Source: Blasia pusilla (taxonomy: Eukaryota). From it: 64,000 nucleotides of DNA. The notes under the pieces are model-generated. The model was not told where the DNA came from, searched no databases, and worked only from the letters and a program-made list of their open reading frames with translations. Below are positions 50,337 to 63,669 of the stretch, piece after piece. Position numbers and translations under genes: made by a program. Each line of letters opens with the position of its first letter. Within the stretch, counting starts at the first letter, position 1. The stretch lies in the NCBI GenBank assembly GCA_050084515.1, contig CM114271.1, positions 26,660,001 through 26,724,000 of the forward strand. The letters are read 5' to 3'.

Positions 50337-53300
50337 TCACGAGAAAAGAATCTCAAATTCGTTCAGTCGCAAATTTTGCTTGTCAGTGCGGATGCAACCA
50401 GCGACGTCCGTCACTCCATTCTTCCCGCTCTTGGCAGGCCTGCGTCAAAATCCGAGAAGACTGCATCACTTTAATGTTCACCGTAAATGCAGATCCGCGC
50501 CATGAAACTGGTCGCTGCAAGCTCACTTTTTGCTCAACCATTAGTATGTACAGACTTCATTAGACCAAGCCAAGACATAGAATCTTGTCATCGCTTGCAG
50601 GGTGCCTATGTAGAAAAGCGTTCTGAAACAATGAAGTCCACACTGCAGACGACTCCAAAAGGACTATGGGGGGAAAGAGTGGCTCTCACTGACTCAGTAC
50701 AACGGATGTCAGAATGGGCGACAAAGCAGGACACCTAGGCTATACAAACGAGGAATCTGCTCTCTGCTGCAGCATCTGTGTCTCTGATCGACGCAAATTG
50801 GGCGGCTGTTGACAGAATCAACTAGAAGCCACCATGGAAACTGTCTGTCCAATTAACAGTCAATCATCGGCATCCACTTCGCGCCGACTCTATGTTTTGA
50901 CAAACAGACAGAGACTTTTAACATAAAGCAGTGTCTGTGATAGCGTTGCTACCATCGCGTAGAACCCGCTCACAAACAAACAGGGGAAGATTGAGAACGA
51001 ACGAGTTCGTCAATGTCTGAATGAGGCCGACCATCAGACCTCAAATAATGAAATGAACGACGGAATCATTTTCCACGGTGACCCGTGTGAGACTTCAGAG
51101 AAGATAGGACTACCTAGGTATATCAGATCATCATGAAAGGCCAGTGACAGCAAAAGAAAGCGGCCTTATTCGAAGAAGCTAACCGTTATTGAAACATGTT
51201 CGATTCTACCAGCTACTCGAACCTGGTTCCTTCTGATGATTACATGCATTGCATATAATCATCGCGCTGACAATACGTTATGACTACGGATGACTCAATG
51301 TAATATGTATAAGGTAAGAAAGCATCAGTCAGAGGAAGAGGAAAAATACGAGAAATACCTGGGTGCTGAATCTGAATCCGGAGAGTCTGAAGTATTTATT
51401 GGGGCAGAACGACTGCGGAGGAGTTTCAGTATATTCGCTTCTACGGAGTTTTCAACATAGAGCCTGTAGCACTAAACAAACTTGCATTACATCTCTCAGA
51501 AATCTACAAGCAAATCACAACCTCTGAAGGTGTCTCAAAAATCTAGAACCAATTCACAACAGCACATGACGGTTGACGTAGTACAACAATATATCGCGGA
51601 CATCGAGTAAGAAATCTACCGTAATGAAAAAGAAGATGAAAGTCATCGTGCTTCAGGTGAGCTCACAACAGAGCTGAAAAAGTTTTTTGTAACTGGGTCT
51701 CAACAATCCTTCTTAGATTGTTGTGTCAACTTGTAAGACGCCAAGAAATGACTAGCAGTGATGCCCCAAATGAAAACTAACGCTCTCGACTCTTGATTCT
51801 TACTACTACAAAGCGCGATGATACATGGAACAATTCTGTTTTGAATAGACATCGAAGCAGGAGTTAGCAGTTCAGAGACCATGAGAAATGACAGGCATCA
51901 CCATGAAGTGCATTCTGCGGTGCTAAACCTCCCATGCTGCATGAAGTCATCCTTTTACAGCCATATTCTCTAACCTTACACCGCCGGTGCTAACAGAGAG
52001 GGCATGCGTGTTAGCTCTTGATTTCGAATGCAACTCTAGCAATATCGTGCCAGTCCCTTTCGAATGATTGAAGTGTTATCCACTTTACTATTTGTGCAGG
52101 TCAGGTTCCTCGCTTTCCCATCGTTACCTTAGACAGAATTTCGTAGAGGTCCAAGTTTGAGAAAGCGTCTGGCGAGCAACTACCCGCGATCATGTCTTAT
52201 GATACTGGATGTAGGGACGTTTGAGTATGCGAGACAAGGAGCTGGAGTCTCTGCATCCTTCCTTCTGGGTTTGTGTACTTTGCTGACTACCTGGACAGAG
52301 GTCGACTCGGTTAAGTTTCCAGTGTAAACTCTTAGTCTATTTGCTTTGAAGGGTTTCAATGAATCACTCACGTGCAGCATCTGCACCTGAAATGGTTCAC
52401 GAGTTTCAGCTAATGAGAAGTTCTGATCGGTTAATTTGACGCACTAGCAATACCTGCAGATGCTAGGTAGTTACATGGAGTATCCAGGGCAACTTGGAGG
52501 GGTAATACAGGAGAGATTCCATGTGGGTATGGAGTTTTGCCTTCTCCCTGTATCGATAGTGTCTGCATGAGGTGAATCGTTTGTGTCTCTTCGGATTCGT
52601 GGGGTTCAGGACGGCGACTTTCAATGGACTTACCTTCATTGGGTTTCATTTATTAGTTCCCCAAACTTGTATATAAGCCCTATCACTATTGATGTTCTTA
52701 CAACAACCATAGATCAGTCATGCACCATAATATTATCTTTCGACACCTACAGCACTTACTGGACATCCCGTTTCTTGCCAAACAGACAAAGGAAAGTAAT
52801 AACCGGTGCAAGTACGCGACATGGCCAGCCTTTCATACCAAGAGGGGACCCAATAATTCTGCGATTGGTGCTCGTCTGTTACAGTAGTACTCAGAGACGA
52901 TGAAAAATTACCTTTTGATCACGACAGGTCTCTCCTGACCCATTCTCCAGCATCGACCAACCGCTTGCTCCTCAAGCTGTCCATTGAAACAAGAGTTAAA
53001 AAAAACCAACCGGTCAGAGAATTCCACAGAACATTTATTTAAAATTTTTTTTTCTGCCCCGCAGTTTTGTTTTCTCTCCTCTTCCACTCGTGTGTAATAA
53101 TTAATTTCTTCCCCTCCTCTCAAAGGACCGCAAACTGGATGATATAGAACTCTGTAAGCACTTCACAACTAGTGTATATCTCTCAATATATTCAATTTGA
53201 CCTCTAGGCATCTTTATTCTTGCTTGGAAGACGCTCAGTGTTCAAAAGCAGGTAGTTGACGGTTCGTATAAGAGAAGCAATAGACGTACTGCGGGATTGA

Positions 53301-56300
53301 GGCATGGCTCCAGCTGATTAAGATACGTCGAGACACCACACGTAAGAGAAATGTCAGACGTCCGGAGCCACATCCAATAAGCAAGAAGAGGATGAAAGAA
53401 TAAATTAACAACTTATTCTCCATGGAGAGTCTAAGGCCAAAAGGGCGAGATTCTTGCTTTCACTAAAATATCGATTCATTAAACAAGCAGAGATTGCAAT
53501 ATCATGGCTCCTTTCTAACACTGAATTCGACATTTAGCTGTCAAGTCATAAAGACCTCTCAATATGACTTTAACTCTCCATATGATCAAGTCGTCTGTGG
53601 GTGGGTGTGCTGATGAAAGATACCGAAGTAGATCTAGTGAGTACAACCAAATCATACCATGTACACATGAGAGGCAGCTGTCAAAGTTATCCCTACAGCT
53701 CCAGTCCGTATAGATAACAAAAATACTGTTGTAGGTGGATCCTGCATCAACATACCACGAAGTTACCTCAAATCCTGTACTGTTGCATGAAGCTGTAATA
53801 ACTAATGGGATGGTTGCAGATGATTAGCAGTGAGGTAAAGAAGTCTGGAGGTGAATCCAGTCGGACATCGAAGTCTCGTTGAACTCGAAATAACACCTAA
53901 TGAGAACTTAGGTGACATCTCGTTGGCACATTCAAAGGGCTTGTAAGTTTTGAAACGGCTGCGCAGGTCTTCCTCAACGAGAGCTCTTGTACAGAAAACA
54001 ACCTTCTGGAAAGCCTCAATGGCCTGAGCTCGTTTCTTCATTGGCATGTCTCCACTGATAAATCTGTATGTAATATTCTGCTTTTTGAACTCTGTCTTGA
54101 GCCACGCAATGGTTTGCATAAACTGACTGAATATGAGCACCTGCCAAAACATTAGGTGACCACCCTTAACTTGGCATCCTTAGTTACACAATCAGAGAAG
54201 ATGTTCTTCGATACACCAAAATACAGCAAGCTTGAGACATCTTCTTGTCATAATCACGAATAGATCCTCTGATCAGGTTCATCGAATTTCTTGAATACCT
54301 CAGCTGAATGTATTCGAGAAGTATAGAGGTTTGGGACAACTCAGACTACTGATAAGGACGAGCTTCATTCCACTAGTGCTCACCTTTGCGCCTGGATTTT
54401 CCTCCCTAACTTCATCTAGGTCTGCAAGCAAGGTTTTCAATTTGGAGTTCATCTGTACTCCTTTGGTGCCGGCAGCATCGTCTTCAGATACAGTTCCTGT
54501 CGACATTGAAGTAGGATCGAAAAGAGATGCCATCATCATCCCCTTCAGTTTCGACTGAAAGGTCATTAGCTCGCTAACTGTGACAGAACTTCTACAAACG
54601 GGACACAACCCCTCTGATCCTAATCCGATAGTCGACATTACGCACTCACAGCAGAACCTGCACAAAAGAGAGCATGTTAGGATTACTATGCTGTATGATA
54701 GCAAACCCATTCAAACTGCCATAATTTACCCCGTAGCATTACCGGTTATATCGACCTTGAAACTCCATGTATGAGCTTATGACTAATCTACTACTGACTC
54801 ATTTGAGGTTTTGGCACTCCCATATGTTCATGGTTGGTTTGGTTGTGTTTACTTGGTACATTATCATGCATGAGATTTGCATCACAGCATCTCGTCATTC
54901 ACTCGGGTACTAGAGAGTGCTTGGTCTCAAAGTCAGGGATAGAGCGTGAAACCAGAATTTACCAGTGGCCGCATGGTGTTTTCGTAGGACATTCCATCAG
55001 ATCAAAGCATATTCCACACTCTCCTTCCATGTCATCCAATCCGTCTGGATCGGTCGTTGATATTAAATTACTGCTGCTGTGACTGTTTTCTGCACCACCG
55101 TTAGGGCTCTGTTCTCTTTTGCTCATATTTAAATCAAAGTTTGAGACAAACCCGCCACTGCAAAGCCTGACAGATATTGAAAAGATAAGTCATGCAGTTT
55201 TTGACTGCTTTCCTGGGTTCTTTCCATCTTGTTTATCTGTTTGGTTTTGAATTCTCAAGACCTGTTACAGTATCTGGGAATAGGAAGCAAACACTTATCC
55301 GAGCACCATGTATGGCGGTTTGGATTCTCTATGAGTGAACTAGTTATTTCTCAGTTTTCTCCACTAAGATTCCATCCACGTATTTGAATGATATGAAAGA
55401 ATTTCGGAAACGGTAAAGTCTTACTCACTGTGAAGGCACATCAAGCCAATGTAAGGTGAACACCAGAATACTTAACAAAGGCAAGACATTTAATCTTCTC
55501 GTTTCCGTGATGGAAATCGGACCATTGTTCATTACTAAGTGCAAGCCAGATTAGATAACGTCCACAAATGGAGCATACCTCCGGAGAGGTAGTAGAAGTG
55601 ACATAATTTGGAGGATATTCTTGCTCACGACAGTCGGGCCCCAGCAACGGAATTGCTCAAACTTTGATATGACTTTCTGGTAGACGGCTGCGTAAGCACT
55701 GCGTTCTTCACTGGTGAAGAACACTGGTATATCTTGCTCAGTTTTAGGGGGAAGACTGAGGAGCTCTCCTCCATTGAACTTTTGCTGCTTTGTGTGTCGT
55801 ATCATCATCTGATATGGTGCCCACTAATCACTGGTCATCCACCATACCAGTTGTCTAGATGCAGCGTGCACCATGAGAATGGCGCTATTTTCTGGCAGTT
55901 ACGACTATCGAACTTCTCAAAGATAGATTATTTTCTGTCTGAGCTGCCTGTATTCCGTTTCTTTCAGAGAGTATTCAATCTATGACGGCCGTTTCATAGT
56001 TTGTAGGTTCCGGTTTCCTGACGACGTCTTCAAGCTATCTTTTCTATACCAATATTTTCATGATTATATTGTGTCGTCTTACTTTAGATTTCTGTTGCTG
56101 TGGTGTCTGACATTTCAAATTTATTGTCAGAACAAATCTCAGAACGTGCCTTTACTCAGGAGTACGTCTTGTGGTCGGTCTTACCTTATTCAGGGTCCAA
56201 AGGAGCACTGTTTGATCATCACTCTTACACTGCCGTTCATAAGGTCGGCCTATTCTCCTCCGAAAGATGCTCTTGTTATCCAATGGCTCCAGCTTTAGAA

Positions 56301-59300
56301 ATAGGAACTGCGCCGTAAAGAACGCAGAAAATGTAGGGACTATCACTTTCTCAGTCACTGAAATTGAACTGTTTGATCAATAGGTGATTTGGGATCAAAC
56401 AAGCATGCGATACTAGCTAGAGCAGTCATTGGAGAGCCCCATCAGAACGAAAAAATTTGATGTGAATTGCAAAGTTTTTGATGCACAGAAACGGGCTCTG
56501 GTGGAAGTAACTAGTTTTGATTCCAACAGAAGTGATTTTAAGGAAGCTTTAAAAAATACGCAAGCTGGACTTAGTGCGAAACCGGATACTCACGAGAATG
56601 TCACTGACATACCTGACCGTAGAGATCATAAATATTGTTGTTGATTGGCGTTCCTGTGCAGCACCACCGCCTCTCAGCTTTCAACTTGGCACATGCTCGG
56701 GAATGAAGAGGTGCTGGATCTTTGACCTGTTTACACAGAAATCATGGCAGTTCTCAGTTTTGCGTATCAGTTATCATTACTTCTTAGGTTAGCATCTTCA
56801 CCTTTGAGAACGGTGACTAAAGCTTTACTGAGATTGGCATGGACTTCGTTCCGGGTTTATTACTTGGCTAAATGCCACAAACGGAATTGGAAATTCATGG
56901 ATCATATTTGAGGTTAATAGGCAAGCGCTCAAGGTACTCGATGAAAGTTGTGTACACTGAGTAATGCCGGCAGCTCATGTTGTGATTTGATTCATCGAGA
57001 TGCAGACAAGGCGCCCATAATAGGACGACCGTTTCCGAAGAAATTCCAGACATGTCAAGTTCCTAATAGCAGAGATTGAAACCTCAAAGTGAAGATGGTA
57101 CAGAGGTTTGACGCCAGGGGAGGCTCTTAACAGTATGCGATTCGTCTAGCACCACTCGCCACCACTTCACTGTAAGCAGTGGGCAAAATTGTTCTGCGAA
57201 TCCAGAGCCATGTCTAGTTGCTTGAGTCGCTTTGCTGAAATCACTTCCAAGAGTAGCATACGTTGTGATAACCTACAATCAAAGTTTGTTACGATTGAGA
57301 CGCTGCTGATAAGTAGCACTTTCGTGCAACAATAATTTCGCAAGAAGATTCAAAAAGTTTCGGAAAGTAAAACTGGAATGCCTACTTACTATGTCATACT
57401 TCGCAAGCTTCTTCGGATCCCGGATCCTGCGAGGTGAAAACGAGTGACTCTTTTAGGCGCATGTAATATGTAGGACTTTTCACAAAAGAACTTGTAATAT
57501 GCACGGCTTATCATGAAAGAAATTTCTCTGCTGATCACAATTTCGATGGCCGTCTAAACTGGAAAATCACCTCTTTGAACCGTGATACATGTATATAGTC
57601 AGATTTGCTGCTAGCTTGGTCTTCACCTCGTTCGCCCACTGCCCAACAATCGAAACTGGGCACACAACTGACAACCCACATTCTAGAAATGAACTCCAGT
57701 ACTACACAAAGTCATTCCTAATCTGGCCAGTAATTGTTTGTCAATCTCCCTTAAAAGATAACCCACCCGCCAACTCGACACTAGCTTTCACAAACTTAGA
57801 CTTGTATGCTTCTCATTGAGGTAGTCCAGTTATAGATTTGTATACGGGTACGGTTCTTGGCACGTTGAAACTTGAATCGGTGAAGCAAACTTTGAATCTT
57901 CCATCTTGTATAGAGGTTTTTTCCGATTTTTCCTTTTAAGTGCCTACCAAGAGTGCCTTTCGAGGACCCAGGGGGACATTTCTCAAGTGTGCAAGGGTTC
58001 GCAAGAATGAGCGCCAATATCTGCAACAATAGAACTTGGGTCACTGAGACAAGTCATGAATGCAAATTGCAAGAACCAATTACAAAATACGAGGAAAAAA
58101 TCGAAGTCTAAGCTTTCAAGACGCTGCCAGATGTTGCAGTGGACGAAACCAACTGAAACTGACCTCAATGGTCTTCCCAAGTCCCATCTCCTCACAAAGA
58201 AATCCTCCTCGAACAGTACCACTCTCTTTAGTTTCGATCAAGTGTCCCAGAGTGGATGAGTACATTAAAGAATGACCAGACGGAGTGGTGGGGAGCCGAT
58301 GATAATTCAAACTAAGTAAACCGCCTTCTCTATGTTCTGCATCCAGCATGAATTGTAGAGACTGTTTCTGGTAAGGTCGCAAAGGAACTGACAGTCCAGA
58401 CGGTTGGGGTGCTTCACTGTAGCAATTGCTCTCTAAATCTCTTAACAATCCGGGAACTGATGTCCAATCGTCACAGCTTTCAGCCCACTTCCGCATTTCA
58501 TCCACTTCTAACAAGTAGCTCTGCAAAGCAGTGTCTTCGGGAAAGACTTCTCTTAGAAGTTCTTTCAGGAAGAACAGCTCATCGCCTCTAGTCTTTTTCA
58601 GGAAAACTCGAATGTGAGCGCTTCCGACCTTTCTATCTTCTGCTTTAGGAGTTATGTTCATAATCACTTGTAGCTGCCCTTGTGCTTCATTAGCCCTGCG
58701 CCAGAGAGAGGAATAACGCTTTAATTTGCATCAGATTCTCGAAACTGAATATCTTTCTGACAACATACGTCCTCGCTAAAGAGGACACCGCGAATGAAAT
58801 GCGATCGCACGTACGACCTCAATCCGAACGCAAACTTACATGAGTTCGCCGAGCAGAGCTTGATGTCTGACTAATGCGCTCCCCTCCTCAACAAGCTCTA
58901 CGTGCTCCGCTTCAGACGCCTTGCCTTCACCCACTGCAATGTGTAGTACATTTGATCACGCATGTGATTGAGACAAGTCACGTACAGCTTATCTGGGAAA
59001 TCGCTAGTCAGTCGTCCATGATGCAAAACTGGACTGACGAGTTTGAGTTTAACGTACGATTTATGTAACATTGATGCTGAAGTTTTCCTCAAGAAGATCG
59101 ATAAAACAATGCTCTCCTAGTGCTTTCTGATTCTTGGTTTTTTTCTTGCTATCACAACATAAAAGTGTCGTTGGCTTCAACTTATGAAGCCTTAGAGTGA
59201 CGCATTGAATCTTCACCTCACCCCAGACGCTTCCTCCTACGTTTATCAATTGTAATGAAGAAAGAAAATGTTAAAGCGGTCTGCCTTACAAATCTGGGAG

Positions 59301-59405
59301 AATATGTCGAGAGAGAATTTGTCAAAAGTTTCAATTAGATCATCCAATGTTCTCTCGGACTGCCGCAACCTCACCGGAATATGCGCAGCTCCAAACTCAA
59401 ACCAC
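50337..59405 (-). CDS. RAD5/HLTF-type SNF2 helicase with RING finger, multi-exon, intact frame
   Basis: Exons (-): 59405-59290, 58933-58840, 58695-58164, 58020-57948, 57667-57571, 57426-57390, 57272-57132, 56726-56613, 56307-56185, 55808-55579, 55166-54963, 54657-54384, 54140-54003, 53741-53658, 53313-53290, 52976-52912, 51463-51359, 50439-50337. All GT-AG and phase-consistent. Motifs LRPYQ, GGFLCEEMGLGKT, VVCPVS, RVVLDESH, CTGTP, RING CGIC..CGHWFCCEC..CPVC, LIFSQF, GAVGITLT, QAVGRCWRMGQ; ends LRLNEFEILFS*. The two 5'-most exons are less certain. Confidence 0.92.
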
Positions 59406-60672
59406 CTGTCATGAAACAGGATACGCAATAGAGTGGTGGTGGGTCACTGTCAGCCTGAATCAAATTGGAAAAAATGCTAAGCATTGCAGTTTCTTAGCAA
59501 ATCCAAGCATTGAATTGGACTATGGTTGCTTCGAGCAAAATCACGTCCGCCAACAAGGGCATCCACACTTTCAGAGTCTGCATCGCTGCATCGTACTTCA
59601 GGCCAATTACGTTGAAGTGGCTCAAAAGAGAAACACCACACATGACTGTTTTTCCAGGTGGTTCCCGTAATATTTGTTCATGATATGTGTCCCTTGGATT
59701 GATTGACTTCAGACACGTTTGCTGTTTCGTAGGCACAGCAGGACTCTGTCCATAATCCCAAGAATTTCAGAAATACGGTAGCTGTCTCACCCATTGTGGC
59801 ATATTAGACCTTTGGCACTGTAATTTTAGGCTGGTGAATCGCCAGCATCTTCTCTCGAGTGCATGACATTAAATTTTGAGGAAGCTCCAAGGTCTAGGGT
59901 CCTATCATCCTCTTTCACACTTATTGCAACGAAAGATTTAGTTGTGGTCTGCGTATTCTGCTTGGCTAGAGGGCACAAGGTAGAGCGAAACGAAAAACTC
60001 TTGAAATCGTACTACTCCTTTTCATTCTCTACGGGGAAACTGAGGACCCGCGAGTGACATGATGCCTGAATGATGGCCACACGGACATTCCCCACTGAGC
60101 TCCAACACATCATCCGTCCAAGTTCTCTAGTCCGGGCAGAGGGCAAATACATCGGGCCCAATTTCAGGACTGGACGATGCCGTTGTCAGTCACCGGGTCT
60201 TGGCAGCAAGGAAACAAACAAAAGTAGTTGTCGATGTCCAAACTACTGTTGTGGAGTGTGAAGTGTATATGATCGAAAGGAGGAAACTACACTAATCGCC
60301 TTGTTTCTCTTTCAGTGTCTCTCGTATATATTCGGGACCAGTCTCTGAGAATATTCGAATCTGCACACGTTTAGGGATCGATCGGATGAAAAGGTCACCT
60401 GTGACGCTGTCAGGTGAATTGGTGGTTTGACTATTCATAAGGTGATCGGAGGAAAGAAGTCCGGTAAGGCGAGTTTCAATTGCAATAAGTGCGCTTCGAT
60501 TTTCGCCACTATGCTGAAAGTTTTGAATAAATACATGGAGTTTCAGATCTCCAGGTAGGTAACCTTCGTGTTTGATCTAGATATAGTTCCCCTCAATTAT
60601 CAGAGTACAACTTCACTCACGCGCAGTGGCTAGTCTAAAACAAGACGGGAAATGGTGAGTAAAGAACCTTAC

Positions 60673-61889
60673 TGGGGATCTCCGGAGGGATCTGTGCGTG
60701 GTCTGTTGGCGACCAAGATGATGGATGATGACGGGCTGCAAGAAGGGTAGCACTCTGTATCGGGAGACTCGCCGTGTAGTAGCTTGTTGTCTCCCAGGTT
60801 TTCAAGAGTGCTACTGAGGGTAAGAGGGGATATGGAGGGCCCATAGAGGCCATTTGAAAAACCACTCATCGAGCTTGGGCGCTCTGGAAAAGCCATCAGA
60901 CCTTGATTGTCTGCTTCCCCTTGGCTCCCGCCTCCCAGTATCTTCCCTTTGGCCCAGAACCAGCTCGTGGCAGTCGCATTGCAATGATCAGAGCTGTTGA
61001 GTCCTCTACCCCACAGAGCACAAGGTGCCAATTCTTCGCAAGAATAGCACCAGCACTGTTGCACCTCACACGGACATGAACAAGTGTCAGAAAGCTGTTA
61101 TCACATTGACAAAGTAATAAAAGGATTCGGATCTTTATTTTGACATGGATTAACTTTCACAGCAGCTTAGTAAGAAGCCGTCCGGGTTGTTTCAACATTT
61201 TTGACGATTTAATTTCGAAAGGAACTGACGAGGCACGAGTTGATGGTAATATAATTCGTCTCCCTACGAGCCAAGTCTAAGGACGCCACACATGGATTTA
61301 GATACAGTATGTAGTGCAACAGTTATGGTATCTTCACGTACGAGTGCTTTCAGCTATTCTAAGACAGACGGATTTACGATGGCAACAAAAGCACATTGGG
61401 ATCGGATTTGAGTTATCTTGGACGAGAGATCATTGTGTGTACATCCACCTTGTTGCAATGGGCACTGTTGGATAGGCACGGCGGTGGAATGAAGGGGAAA
61501 ACGACACACATATGGCGAGGGTGCGGGGAGTCCCGTGAGAGGTGATTGTCATCGATATCACAGGTCCCAATGCCATCAGATGGACTGTTGGAAAAGGTGC
61601 TGGCGCGACATTGCCCGTCTCGACTGCCAATTGAATCGTCGAATGTACAAGATAGCATAAGCTTCTGTCGCTTCTGCTGCGCGTACTCCTCGGTGTTATC
61701 ATCTCCTCCGTCATAAAGCAGATCAGACTGAGATGGTTTTTTCCATAGATAGAGCATGTCCTCCTCTACTCGCTTCTGGTGACCCTCCGCAGCCTGGGAA
61801 TTCACCTTCAAATGCAGGTCCGAGCTCGACTGCAAAAGATATTGTTCTCCGTTGGTGCACGGCCTGAAATTTGATTTATCCGTTTTCAT
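60673..61889 (-). CDS. Two exons encoding a RIN13-like Cys/His-rich module; either the N-terminus of the helicase or a separate small gene
   Basis: Exons 61889-61449 and 61055-60673 join as RDSPHPRHMCVVFPF...HCNK|CWCYSCEELAPCALWGRG....DHCNAT....W, matching my recollection of the RIN13 pattern RDYPHxRHxCxxFPF...CxxCxCYVCDxxAPCxxW...HCxA. Confidence 0.75.
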
Positions 61890-63639
61890 TGAGCTGGACT
61901 TAACGTAGTCTTTTCCGCGTGAAGGGTGGCAGCAACTGTCTATGACTAGATTAATTGGTGCAGAGAATTACTACAAACCAGGAACACTCGGCATCGAGAT
62001 TTTGGTTTCACAGCAGACGATGGATATCAACGCATCAACCGTTATTTGATGGATATCTCGTTCTGGAGAGGAGCGATCCGCAATTCCGTCCTCTGTGCTG
62101 TACTTCTGTTGTCCCCTACTGCGTAAGACTCGGATTCCGTCACGGTGCCCAGCAGATCGGAGGAGCGTGGCTTCCGAATCGAAGCTCTACTAGTTGCTTC
62201 CATGCTGACCTTTAAGGACCGCGCATGCAATCGCCAGAAATCACGTCCACCGGAGTCGGAAACTCAAGACTCAGTTCTCGATGTGAATTGTGAGCGGTGC
62301 ACTCATACCGACTTCTGATTCAATGAAACAAAAGAAGTCCTGAAGATCAGCGCGAACTCGCATCAATTTTCGCCGGCTACCGCTCGTGCTCAGAACGAAA
62401 TGCCGCGACGACAATCGACGCGCTACTCGAGCTCGCGGGACGACGCATGCATGTCCACAAACTCCAAAACGCACGAAGCACGGCAGGAGCGCATGAAATA
62501 TATCATTATCTATCCGCAAACACGTACGTTGTCCCGCCCCGAGCTTCACCGCGCACGGGCAGGGCGAGCTCGTCGACCGTCGACGGCCGATCAGCCGGGA
62601 AGACAGTAGTGTTGCACGTGGATCCCCGACCGAAGAGACGCTGCAGTGGCTCGACTGTCGCTGCAGCCGGAATCCCAATCGCCTCATGGCAAAGAATTCC
62701 TCGTGAACGAGCAAACGGCCATGGGAGTTCTTGCTCTGGAATCTTGGGCCTGTTCAAGCCAAGACAGCGGGGCCGTTAGCAGCGAGGGAGGGCATCGCCA
62801 CAGCTCCGCAGGTCGCGATTGCCAGCATCTCCAGACCTCCCTCCTCCTCCTCAATCAAAGAAAGAACAATCTCCTGGCCGTTCGGCATACATCTTCCTCC
62901 TCCTCATCGCCGTTCTTCTCCAATCACCCCATTTCCGCTACTCTCGACACCTTCACAAATTCCACGGCGAGCCTGGCAGGCCAGTTCACGACTCCAGCTA
63001 AAACGGAACGCGCGATTGATTCGGACCTACACATACCACACACACATGACTGTTTTCATTTCATTCTACGACATTCGGGACGAATCGCGCCTCGCGAGCG
63101 AACGAACGGACGACCTTCACGTCTGGTGAGCGGGGGGTCTGTGTGCGGACGGGAAGACTCGGGAGAACCGTTGACGGAAGCTGCGGCAATGATGCCGCGG
63201 TGATTAGCCGTCCTTTCCGTCCGTCGTCGGCGCCAGCCATGATGATGGCGGTGAAGCCACGGACGCCGGCAGAACGACCGGAGCCAATGTTCGGAGCCGT
63301 TTCGTTTCGAAATAGTCGGCCAAAACCTGCCCGGAAGGGAGCCATTTCTGAAAACCGGCGTACCGTTCCCGGCCGTAAAATACCGGGAACTAACCGGTTC
63401 CCGTGGAAAAACTCCCCGGGATCCTGATCGGAGCTCCAAACTCGGGGCTCGGCTCGTGCCGTTGCTGCTCGTACGTAACGCCGTCATTGCGCTTCGCACC
63501 ACTTATCGTTTCGTAATCATTTCCCGCTACTGGCAATCACTGCGATTCCCAAACCATCATTGATCCCCCCCCGCCTTCACAAAGCACCCCCTTTCTCGTC
63601 GTCACCGTCACGCCTTCACAGTGCGCGTACGTGTCCCTA

Positions 63640-63669
63640 GTTCCGTTCCGTTCCGTTCCGTTCGGTTCG
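63640..63669. repeat. (GTTCC)n pentanucleotide microsatellite
   Basis: GTTCC x4 followed by GTTCG x2. Confidence 0.9.

Noticed and set aside
59770-60130. U-to-C RNA editing to rescue in-frame stops
   Set aside because: Such editing is organellar; this is a nuclear spliced locus and the stops can be spliced out.
62271-63203. Long overlapping ORFs of 130-185 aa on both strands
   Set aside because: GC-rich leader/promoter DNA with few stops; low-complexity translations, mostly non-ATG starts, no family motif.
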